From the NCBI GenBank assembly GCA_964644725.1, contig CAZXXV010000002.1, positions 1-27,954 of the forward strand: a DNA stretch of 27,954 nt, read 5' to 3'. Below the pieces are notes generated by a model that was given only the letters and a program-made list of their open reading frames with translations, ran no database searches and was not told where the DNA came from. Position 1 is the stretch's first letter. Each line of letters opens with the position of its first letter. This stretch comes from an uncultured bacterium. Lineage in GTDB: Bacteria > Methylomirabilota > Methylomirabilia > Methylomirabilales > 2-02-FULL-66-22. Shown in pieces: positions 18,491 to 27,954 of the stretch. The position numbers and the translations under genes were made by a program.

Positions 18491-19339
18491 CTAGCGTGGC
18501 CCCGCGATGAGCTCCACGAGGCGCGTGAGGTCCTCGTCGGAGAAAAAGCTGATCTCCAAGGTGCCCCCCTTGCCGTTCCGCACGATCCGGACCTTCGTTC
18601 CCAGGGCCACCCGAAGCTGATCCTCGAGGGCCTGCAGGTTGGGATCGCCGCTCCTGGGGCGACCGCCCGGGCCGCGTGCCCCGCGGCGCAGGCGACGGAC
18701 CAGCGCCTCAGTGGCCCGGACGGTGAGCCCGCGCTTGAGGATGAGGTCCCTGGCCTTGAGCTGATCCGCCGCCTTCTCGAGGCCCAGCAGGGCGCGGGCG
18801 TGCCCCTCCGACAGCGTCCCGGCCGCCAGATCCTCGCGCAGTCGCCGGGGAAGGCGCAGGAGGCGGAGGGCATTGGCCACCGAGGATCGGTCCCGGCCCA
18901 GCCGCTCCGCGACCTCCTCCTGGGTCAGGCCGAACTCCTCGATGAGGCGCCGGTAGGCCTCGGCCGCCTCCACCGGGTTCAGGTCCTCCCGCTGGAGGTT
19001 CTCCACCAGGGCCATTTCCAGCGCCTGGGCGTTGCTTGCCTCCTTGATGATCGCGGGGATGCGCGTGAGCCCGGCCAGCCGCGCCGCGCGGACCCTTCGC
19101 TCCCCGGCCACAACCTGATACCCGTGGGGGGCGCGGCGGACCACCACCGGGGTCAGCACGCCGTGGGTCCGGATGGTGGCCGCCAGTTCCTCCATGGCTC
19201 CCGGCTCGAAGTGTCGCCGGGGCTGCAGCGGGTTGCTCTCCAGTTCTGCCAGCGGAATCTCTAGGCTGGCCGCCCCGGTCCCTTCGGCGCCGGGGATCAG
19301 GGCCGAGAGCCCCCTACCGAGCCCGCGCTTTTGAACCAT
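18491..19339 (-). CDS. parB: Chromosome partitioning CTPase ParB/Spo0J
   Basis: KRGLGRGLSALI, NPLQPRRHF, VAGERRVRAA, LVENLQREDLNPVE, HTH RSSVANALRLL. Confidence 0.97.
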   Translation of the reverse strand: MVQKRGLGRGLSALIPGAEGTGAASLEIPLAELESNPLQPRRHFEPGAMEELAATIRTHGVLTPVVVRRAPHGYQVVAGERRVRAARLAGLTRIPAIIKEASNAQALEMALVENLQREDLNPVEAAEAYRRLIEEFGLTQEEVAERLGRDRSSVANALRLLRLPRRLREDLAAGTLSEGHARALLGLEKAADQLKARDLILKRGLTVRATEALVRRLRRGARGPGGRPRSGDPNLQALEDQLRVALGTKVRIVRNGKGGTLEISFFSDEDLTRLVELIAGPR

Positions 19340-20090
19340 CGATCACCTCCCGCGCCAACTGCAGATACCCTTCGGCGCCGGGGCAGCGGATGTCGTACAG
19401 GATCACCGGCAGGCCGTAGCTGGGCGCCTCGCTCAACCGGACGTTCCGGGGGATGACGGTACGAAAGACCCGATCCGGGAAGTGTTGTCGAACCTCGTGG
19501 GCCACCTGCCCGGACAGGTTCACCCGGCCGTCATACATGGTGAGTAGAATCCCCTCCACTTCCAGGCGGGGGTTCAGGTTCTGGCGGCACAGCCGGATCG
19601 TGTCCAGGATCTGGCCCAGCCCTTCGAGCGCGTAGTACTCGCACTGCAGGGGAATCACCACCGAGTCGGCGGCCACCAGGGCGTTCAGCGTCAGAAAGCC
19701 GAGCGAGGGGGGACAATCGATCAGGATGTAGTCGTAGCGGGGGGCAATGGGCTCGAGCGCCCGCTTCAGCCGGTGCTCCCGATCCGGAAGGTCCACCAGT
19801 TCCACCTCGGCGCCGATCAGGTCCCGCCGGGCCGGGATCACCTGCAGGGCGGGCAGGGCTGTGGGCAAGGTCGCTTCGGCCGCCCGGGCCGTGCCCAGGA
19901 GCAGGTGATACGTGTGGATCTTGACGGCCGCCGTCTCCACCCCCACGCCGGTGGTGGCGTTGCCTTGCGGGTCCGCATCCACCAGGAGCGTGGGGCGCTC
20001 GGCGGCGGCCAGGCAGGCGGCCAGATTCACGGCCGTGGTGGTCTTGCCCACGCCGCCCTTCTGGTTGGCGACCGCCATGATCTTGGCCAC
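19314..20090 (-). CDS. parA: Chromosome partitioning ATPase ParA/Soj
   Basis: AGGAGG then GTG at 20090; ANQKGGVGKTT, DADPQGNAT, IDCPPSLG, PLQCEYYALEG, IPRNVRLSEAPS. Confidence 0.97.
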   Translation of the reverse strand: MAKIMAVANQKGGVGKTTTAVNLAACLAAAERPTLLVDADPQGNATTGVGVETAAVKIHTYHLLLGTARAAEATLPTALPALQVIPARRDLIGAEVELVDLPDREHRLKRALEPIAPRYDYILIDCPPSLGFLTLNALVAADSVVIPLQCEYYALEGLGQILDTIRLCRQNLNPRLEVEGILLTMYDGRVNLSGQVAHEVRQHFPDRVFRTVIPRNVRLSEAPSYGLPVILYDIRCPGAEGYLQLAREVIDGSKARAR

Positions 20091-20163
20091 GTCCGACCTC
20101 CTGCTGGGACGCTCGTCAGCGCACCATAGCATACCGGGGCCGCACCGGCCAAGGGGGATCCCG

Positions 20164-20179
20164 TGTTTCACGTGAAACA
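20164..20179. promoter_or_regulatory. parS centromere-like site
   Basis: Perfect palindrome TGTTTCACGTGAAACA matching the parS consensus, directly upstream of parA. Confidence 0.95.
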
Positions 20180-20194
20180 TGGCCGGGCTCGCCA

Positions 20195-20872
20195 TCACCC
20201 GGCTCGCCGCAACGCCAGCACCTGGCGCCCAGGACGCCCGAGGGAGGGGGGGAGGGCCAGTTCCCGGACCATCTCGAAGCCCAAGCCCAACAGTCGCTCC
20301 AGGGCCCCTGCGTCCACCGCCCCTGCCCCGACCTGGACCAGGAAAAGGCCGCCGGGGCGCAGGAACGGCCGCACCAGGCGTCCCTGCTCGGGCGGCGGAG
20401 CCACGGCTCGCGCCAGGGCCAGGTCGTAGGCGCCCACCTCCTCTGGATCGCCGGCCAGTTCCTCGGCGCGGCGCCGGATGACCCGAATCGTCGCCAGCCC
20501 GAGCTGCCGCACGATGTGCTGGAGGAACGTTGCCTTCTTGCGGGAGGCTTCCACCAGGGTAAACGAGAGGTCGGGCCGCACGAGCTTCAGGGGCAACCCG
20601 GGAAAACCCGCTCCAGACCCGATATCCAGGGCGCGCCTGGCGTCGGGGGGAATGAGGGGCAGGCAGGCCAGCGAGTCGAGGAATCCCGCTCGAACGATAT
20701 CCTCCGGCTCGCGGAGCGCAGTCAGGTTCACCCGCGCCGACCAGCGGGTGATCTCCTGGAGATAGGTGCGGAAGGCCGCCACCTGGCTCGGCGTAAGGTG
20801 GAGGCCCAGAGCGAGGGCGCCAGTGACCAGCAGGTCATCAGGCCCGGGCCGGGGGCCATGGGGCAGCTTCAT
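20195..20872 (-). CDS. rsmG: 16S rRNA m7G527 methyltransferase RsmG (GidB)
   Basis: WSARVNLTA, FLDSL, LDIGSGAGFPG, LVEASRKKATFL, ARAVA; canonical position upstream of parA. Confidence 0.92.
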   Translation of the reverse strand: MKLPHGPRPGPDDLLVTGALALGLHLTPSQVAAFRTYLQEITRWSARVNLTALREPEDIVRAGFLDSLACLPLIPPDARRALDIGSGAGFPGLPLKLVRPDLSFTLVEASRKKATFLQHIVRQLGLATIRVIRRRAEELAGDPEEVGAYDLALARAVAPPPEQGRLVRPFLRPGGLFLVQVGAGAVDAGALERLLGLGFEMVRELALPPSLGRPGRQVLALRRAG

Positions 20873-20902
20873 GCCGCGGGCTTAGCCGGTTCGGCACCCC
20901 GC

Positions 20903-22579
20903 TTATGCCGCCTGCCCTTCGGCGGGGGCCGGGCGCGCCGGCGACCGGGTGATCAGCCATTGCTGGCCGATCTGCAGGATGTTGTTGACCAGCCAGTACA
21001 GGACGAGGCCTGAGGGGAACCCCCAGAACATGAACGTGAAGATGATCGGCATCATCCAGAGCATCATCTGGGCCTGGCGAGGGTCCCCGGCGGGCGGCGA
21101 CATCTTCTGCTGGACCCACATGCTCACGCCCATGAAGAGGGCGAGGATGTTGCCAACATTTCGGGTGGCACCATAAAGGTCCAGTGTGAATAGCGAGTCG
21201 GGTTGGGTCAGGTCACGGATCCACAGGAAGGGGGCCTGCCACATCTCGACGGAGTTGGCCAGGGCGTTGTACAGAGCAATGAAGATGGGGATCTGCACAA
21301 CCATGGGCAAACACCCGCCCATGGGATTCACCCCGTGCTTCTTGTAGAGGGCCATCGTCTCCTCTTGCTTTTTCTTGGGGTTGTTCTTGTACCGCTCCTG
21401 GATCGCCTGCACCTTGGGCTGGATGGTCTGCATGGCCTGCATGGACTTTAGGCTCTTCACGGTGAGGGGATAGAAGGCGATCTTCTGCAGCACGGTCACC
21501 AGGATGATGGCGATCCCGTAATTGCCCGTGAAGCCATAGAGGAACTTCAGGAGCCACAGGGCGGGCCGGGCCAGGAAGTCGAACCATCCCAGGTCCACGA
21601 GGTTGTCGAGGTCGTGGCCCACCTCTCGGAGCACGTCGAGGTCCTTGGGTCCGGCAAACACCAGGGCGCTGGCGCTCGTCTGGCCGCCCGGAGGCAGGGT
21701 TTGCTTGGCCGCCGCCAGGCCCAGAAGCGGCTGGTCCTCGGCGGCTTTCTTCACAAAGGCCTGGAGGCCCTTGTCCTTGGGGATGAGGGCTGCCGCGAAG
21801 TACGTATCCTGCAGGGCCGCCCAAGAGAGGCTCCCCGCTTGAACCTTCTCCCCGTTCACCTTGGTGAGGTCTTCGTGCACCCGCTTCCCGTCCAGCCAGA
21901 GGGTGGGCGCCTGCAGCGTGGTGTTCTTCTTGTCCAGGCTGTTCCGCAGGCCCGGCCCCCAGGCGAGCCGCGGCTCCGCCGGCACGTCTGCACCCGAAAG
22001 GTTCCGGACGGTCAGATCCACCTCAACCTGGTACCGGTCCGCGTGGAAGGTCAGCTTCTTCTGGATCTCGATCCCCGAGACGGACACCTGCGTGAACGTC
22101 ACGGTTCCGGTCTCATCGCGACCGGCCAGATCGAGCCGCTGGCGGTCCACCTGGTAGACGGCCTGCGCCTGCTCCCCATCCGCCCAGGCAGCCAGTGATC
22201 CAGGCGATGCCCCGGGATCCTTCATCGCGACCAGATCCACCGGGCCACCGCTGCCCATACGATACTTCTTCAACTGCCAACTCGTGGCGCGTGCGCCCGC
22301 GGTCGAGAGCGTCACCCGCATGAGAGGCGTTTCGACGACGACCTCGCGTATCGGGAGCTCAAGCTGGACCGTGGGTGTGTAGCCTTTCGGCCGCGGCGAG
22401 CTCTTCGGGCGGGCGGGAACCGGCGCGCTCGCAGCCGGTGGCGCGACCGGTGCCGTGGGTGTGGTCGCAGTGGGGCGGGCGGGTTCCTGCGGCGGGGAAT
22501 CGACCCGCGAGAGGTACCACTGGTACCCCAGCAGGATCAGGATGACCAACACCGTCGCGAGGATTGCGTTTCTTTCCAT
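20903..22579 (-). CDS. yidC: Membrane protein insertase YidC
   Basis: N-terminal TM, periplasmic domain, GNYGIAIILVT, NPMGGCLPMVVQIPIF, PSGLVLYWLVNN. Confidence 0.97.
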   Translation of the reverse strand: MERNAILATVLVILILLGYQWYLSRVDSPPQEPARPTATTPTAPVAPPAASAPVPARPKSSPRPKGYTPTVQLELPIREVVVETPLMRVTLSTAGARATSWQLKKYRMGSGGPVDLVAMKDPGASPGSLAAWADGEQAQAVYQVDRQRLDLAGRDETGTVTFTQVSVSGIEIQKKLTFHADRYQVEVDLTVRNLSGADVPAEPRLAWGPGLRNSLDKKNTTLQAPTLWLDGKRVHEDLTKVNGEKVQAGSLSWAALQDTYFAAALIPKDKGLQAFVKKAAEDQPLLGLAAAKQTLPPGGQTSASALVFAGPKDLDVLREVGHDLDNLVDLGWFDFLARPALWLLKFLYGFTGNYGIAIILVTVLQKIAFYPLTVKSLKSMQAMQTIQPKVQAIQERYKNNPKKKQEETMALYKKHGVNPMGGCLPMVVQIPIFIALYNALANSVEMWQAPFLWIRDLTQPDSLFTLDLYGATRNVGNILALFMGVSMWVQQKMSPPAGDPRQAQMMLWMMPIIFTFMFWGFPSGLVLYWLVNNILQIGQQWLITRSPARPAPAEGQAA

Positions 22580-22606
22580 GCATACTCCAGAAGGTGACTT
22601 GAGCGC

Positions 22607-22825
22607 CTAGGGGACCGGGTCGAGGCCGCCCGGATGATACGGGTGGCAGCGCAGCAGGCGCCAGATCGTCAGCCCCAAGCCCCGGACGAGGCCGTGGCGC
22701 GCTAGGGCGCCCATGGCGTATTCCGAGCAGGTCGGGAAAAAGCGGCAGGCCGTTGGAAGGGCCGGTCCCACCCACCGCTGATATCCGCGGATGAGGATTG
22801 TAATGGCGTTTGAGATTCTATCCAT
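22607..22825 (-). CDS. yidD: Membrane protein insertion efficiency factor YidD
   Basis: IRGYQRW...[11 protein letters not shown]...HG...[17 protein letters not shown]; start set at ATG 22825. Confidence 0.95.
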   Translation of the reverse strand: MDRISNAITILIRGYQRWVGPALPTACRFFPTCSEYAMGALARHGLVRGLGLTIWRLLRCHPYHPGGLDPVP

Positions 22826-23177
22826 GGGCCGTTGTATCCGCCTGACGGCGCGCCAGGGCATTCGCGAGACGAGTCAGCAGTTCTGCCAGGCTGGCGCGTA
22901 TCTGCCGGCGCGGATGGCCGCTCACGTCGCTCCTCGCGAGGAGCAACAGGTCCATCCCTGGGGAGCAACCGAACTTGTCCGCGAACACGTCTCGCGCGAT
23001 GCGGCGGATGCGGCTGCGCGCCGTGGCGCTGCCTGCGATCCGCCCCAGCGCCACGATCAGTCGCCCGCCTCCGCCCGGTGCGTTATCCCCGCACGCGGTC
23101 CACGGACCCGCGCTCACCCGGACGCCGCGCCGCCGCAGACGGCTGGCTGGCGTCTCCGCGCCCCGCCTGGCTGTCAT
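22818..23177 (-). CDS. rnpA: Ribonuclease P protein component, highly diverged
   Basis: Position between rpmH and yidD; degenerate RNR helix [15 protein letters not shown]; DLLLLAR strand. Confidence 0.75.
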   Translation of the reverse strand: MTARRGAETPASRLRRRGVRVSAGPWTACGDNAPGGGGRLIVALGRIAGSATARSRIRRIARDVFADKFGCSPGMDLLLLARSDVSGHPRRQIRASLAELLTRLANALARRQADTTAHG

Positions 23178-23186
23178 GCCGTCTGC

Positions 23187-23321
23187 CTAAACCGTGAGCC
23201 GGTATCGCCCCTTCGCGCGGCGCCGCTTCAAAACCTTGCGGCCATCCGCTGTACTCATCCGCTTGAGGAACCCGTGGCTGCCCTTGCGCTTACTCCGGTT
23301 CGGCTGATATGTCCGCTTCAT
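23187..23321 (-). CDS. rpmH: 50S ribosomal protein L34 (44 aa; below the ORF-track cutoff)
   Basis: Manual translation [44 protein letters not shown]; GGAGG RBS. Confidence 0.97.
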   Translation of the reverse strand: MKRTYQPNRSKRKGSHGFLKRMSTADGRKVLKRRRAKGRYRLTV

Positions 23322-23355
23322 GAATCCTCCATGTATGAATTCCAAGAGGGGGTTG

Positions 23356-23385
23356 ATAATATGGCGCCTGGCTTTGGTCTGTCAA
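23356..23385 (-). promoter_or_regulatory. Putative sigma70 promoter of the rpmH operon
   Basis: Minus strand TTGACA (23385-23380), 18 bp, TATTAT (23361-23356). Confidence 0.7.
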
Positions 23386-23389
23386 GCCT

Positions 23390-24000
23390 TGCAAGCTATT
23401 TAAATTCTGGCTCATTGCTTCGTCTCTGATACGCATGGATCATAACCTCGTCTGATCTTCTGCCTTGATGCGAACCTACTCGATATACCGCGCTTCAAAT
23501 TCACCGCAAGATCTTGTTTCCGACTCCGGAGGCGTCTTCCGGCCATAATGGTGAACAAGACATTTCATAACATATTGAATTTAAAGGATAAATTCACTTA
23601 TCCACATCTGTGGAAAAGCCTGTGTGTAACTCCCATTTTCCTGGTGGGCCCACGAAGCAATTTCACGCGGTTAATTGGCAACTTGGAATGTCTTGGGTAT
23701 CGTAAAATCTTAACCTTTCGTTGACAATTTTGACCGCGGTTTGGTAAAATGTGTGGGTAATCGGGATGGTTTGCTCGTCTTTTCCACAGGAGGGAGGCTT
23801 TAGGAACGCGGCGATTTCTCCGCTGAGAGATCGGGCCGTTTTCTCCACACAGATCTGGTCATCCGGAGTCCAGACAATCCGTGTCTTTAGTGGATTGTCC
23901 ACGTATCCGGCGGACTACGGTTACTCCTACGGTTTCTTTGTATTTTGATTTTATCTACTAGTGCTTGTGTGTTGAGTAATCAAATATTCCTGCGTCGCGC
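23390..24000. other. Putative chromosomal origin of replication (oriC)
   Basis: AT-rich gap with DnaA boxes TTATCCACA (23598-23606), TGTGGAAAA (23609-23617), TGTGTGTAA (23621-23629), TGTGGGTAA (23752-23760), TTTTCCACA (23780-23788), TTCTCCACA (23841-23849), TTGTCCACG (23895-23903); T-rich unwinding-like tract at about 23932-23960; lies between rpmH and dnaN, near parS. Confidence 0.8.
23721..23750 (+). promoter_or_regulatory. Putative sigma70 promoter upstream of dnaN with an adjacent DnaA box
   Basis: TTGACA (23721-23726), 18 bp, TAAAAT (23745-23750) with TGn; DnaA box at 23752-23760. Confidence 0.7.
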
Positions 24001-24056
24001 TTTCAGCATTCCCGACAACTACGGGACGTGTGACCGAACAAGAGAAAGGAAGGCAC

Positions 24057-25160
24057 ATGCATATTCGTGTTGACCGGGATGCCTTCGTAGACGCCCTGGG
24101 ACCGGTGCAGGGAGTGGTTGAGGCCAAGAAGACGCTCCCCATTCTCTCACACCTCTTACTGGAAGCAAACCCGGACGGCGTCTGGCTGTTCGGAACAGAC
24201 CTCGACGTAGGAATTCGGAGAGGACTCGCGGCCGAGGTGGTGAAGCCCGGCGCGGTTGCGCTGTCTGCGAAGAAGCTCTACGACATCGCACGCGAATTGC
24301 CTCAGGCCCCGGTGGAATTGCAGGCGGATGCGGACCTGCAGGTGGCCATCCGCTGTCAGCGATCCAGTTTCCGTATGAAGGGACTCCCGCGGGATGAGTT
24401 TCCGTCCTTACCGGATCTCAAGGGAGATAACGAGATTACACTGGAGACGCAGCTCTTCCGGGATATGTTGCGCAAGACACTGTTCGCCGTCTCCTCCGAT
24501 CAGACGCGTTACGCGTTGACGGGGGTGCTCGTGCAAGTGTTGGCTGGCGAGATTCGAATGGTCGCGACGGACGGGCACCGATTGGCCCTGGTGCACGCCC
24601 CGCGACCACCCGAAAAGGGTGGCGCAACGCTGGAGGCGCTCGTTCCGAAGAAAGCCATGGTGGAGGCGGCGAAGATCACCCGGGAGGACGGAAGCGATGT
24701 CCGGATGTGGCTCGCCGAGAATCAACTGATCCTCGAACAGGAGGCCAGCACGCTTGTGGCCCGACTCATTGACGGCCAGTTTCCGAACTATGATCAGGTG
24801 ATCCCGGCGCCCGGCGCGAGCAGGATCCTCATCGGGAGGGAGGCCCTCCAGGGGGCGCTGCGGCGGACCTCGGCCATCATGGGGGAACGGACCACGGCCA
24901 CGGAGTTCGAGTTTCGTCCGGGTAAGGTCGTCGTGTCGTGCGTTAATATGGATCTCGGTGAGGCCCACGAGGAGCTTGAGGCCTCATACGAGGGCGATGG
25001 ATTCAAAGTCGGGTTCAACGCCCGGTATATCTTAGAGTTTCTTGCGGCCATTGATGGCGCGGAAATCTCCCTGAGCATCGCCGATCCCCTTAGCCCTGCA
25101 CTGTTCCGGCCCGCCGGAGACGACGCCTACGGGTGCGTGATCATGCCCATGCGGATCTAG
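24057..25160 (+). CDS. dnaN: DNA polymerase III beta sliding clamp
   Basis: AAGGAAGG RBS, ATG at 24057; KKTLPILS, GTDLDV, VATDGHRLA, RLIDGQFPNY, GFNARYILEFL, VIMPMRI. Confidence 0.97.
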   Translation: MHIRVDRDAFVDALGPVQGVVEAKKTLPILSHLLLEANPDGVWLFGTDLDVGIRRGLAAEVVKPGAVALSAKKLYDIARELPQAPVELQADADLQVAIRCQRSSFRMKGLPRDEFPSLPDLKGDNEITLETQLFRDMLRKTLFAVSSDQTRYALTGVLVQVLAGEIRMVATDGHRLALVHAPRPPEKGGATLEALVPKKAMVEAAKITREDGSDVRMWLAENQLILEQEASTLVARLIDGQFPNYDQVIPAPGASRILIGREALQGALRRTSAIMGERTTATEFEFRPGKVVVSCVNMDLGEAHEELEASYEGDGFKVGFNARYILEFLAAIDGAEISLSIADPLSPALFRPAGDDAYGCVIMPMRI

Positions 25161-25398
25161 CGGGACGGGGAACCCGCGCAGGGCGGCATGAGAAGCAGGA
25201 CCTCGAGAGCGATCGCAGGATCACCAGCGCCGCCACGGGGAACGTCGGGGGATCAGCCGAACGGAACCGGCACGAAATACGGAGCCGACGGGGGCGAGGC
25301 CCCTCGAGACCCTCCACTCCTTGTGCCCGGGCCTGATTAGCGCCCCTGCCTGGGTAGGAGGCGGAGGGTTTCTTGTGTCGCGGAGGACACTGCGGTAA

Positions 25399-27902
<2,504 letters not shown>

Positions 27903-27903
<1 letters not shown>

Positions 27904-27954
27904 GTTCGAGGTGCGGCGGTTCGAGGTTCGCGGTTGGGAACCTCAACCCGCGAA
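27903..27954. repeat. Heptamer tandem repeat (GGTTCGA/GGTTCGC-type) followed by an inverted arm
   Basis: GGTTCGA GGTGCGGC GGTTCGA GGTTCGC GGTTGGG, then AACCTCAACCCGCGAA complementary to TTCGCGGTTG; truncated by the window edge. Confidence 0.75.

Noticed and set aside
23445-23902. Open frames inside the origin gap (58-aa MVNKTF... on plus; 23663-23902 on minus; 23751-23948 on plus) as possible dnaA remnants
   Set aside because: No Walker, box VII or HTH similarity to DnaA; AT-rich non-coding-like codon use; they overlap DnaA boxes and promoters.
25306-25372. Hairpin considered as SRP RNA or 6S RNA
   Set aside because: Lacks the SRP domain IV motif on either strand and is too short for 6S.

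Overview
GC-rich bacterial chromosomal segment spanning the putative replication origin. My weak guess at lineage is Methylomirabilota/NC10-Rokubacteria-like; this cannot be established from the sequence alone. Minus strand, in transcription order: rpmH-rnpA-yidD-yidC-rsmG-(parS)-parA-parB-DUF4013-like membrane protein-TPP enzyme; a CUT1 sugar ABC binding protein with two permeases; then bactofilin, iscS-mnmA and a tightly linked MoxR/VWA module (Gly/Gln-rich membrane protein, DUF58, a 1472-aa triple-VWA fusion, a secreted TPR protein, MoxR AAA+ ATPase running off the left edge). Plus strand: dnaN and gyrB. The most striking feature is how the origin cluster has been remodelled. The AT-rich rpmH-dnaN gap keeps DnaA boxes, a sigma70 promoter and a DnaA-trio-like array but has no dnaA gene. 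recF, jag, mnmE and mnmG are also missing from their usual positions, and RnpA and RsmG have lost conserved motif residues. Short 7-bp tandem repeats with a different unit at each site occur at gene junctions, and one is read in frame as a C-terminal tail of MnmA. No CRISPR array, tRNA, rRNA or mobile element was recognised.
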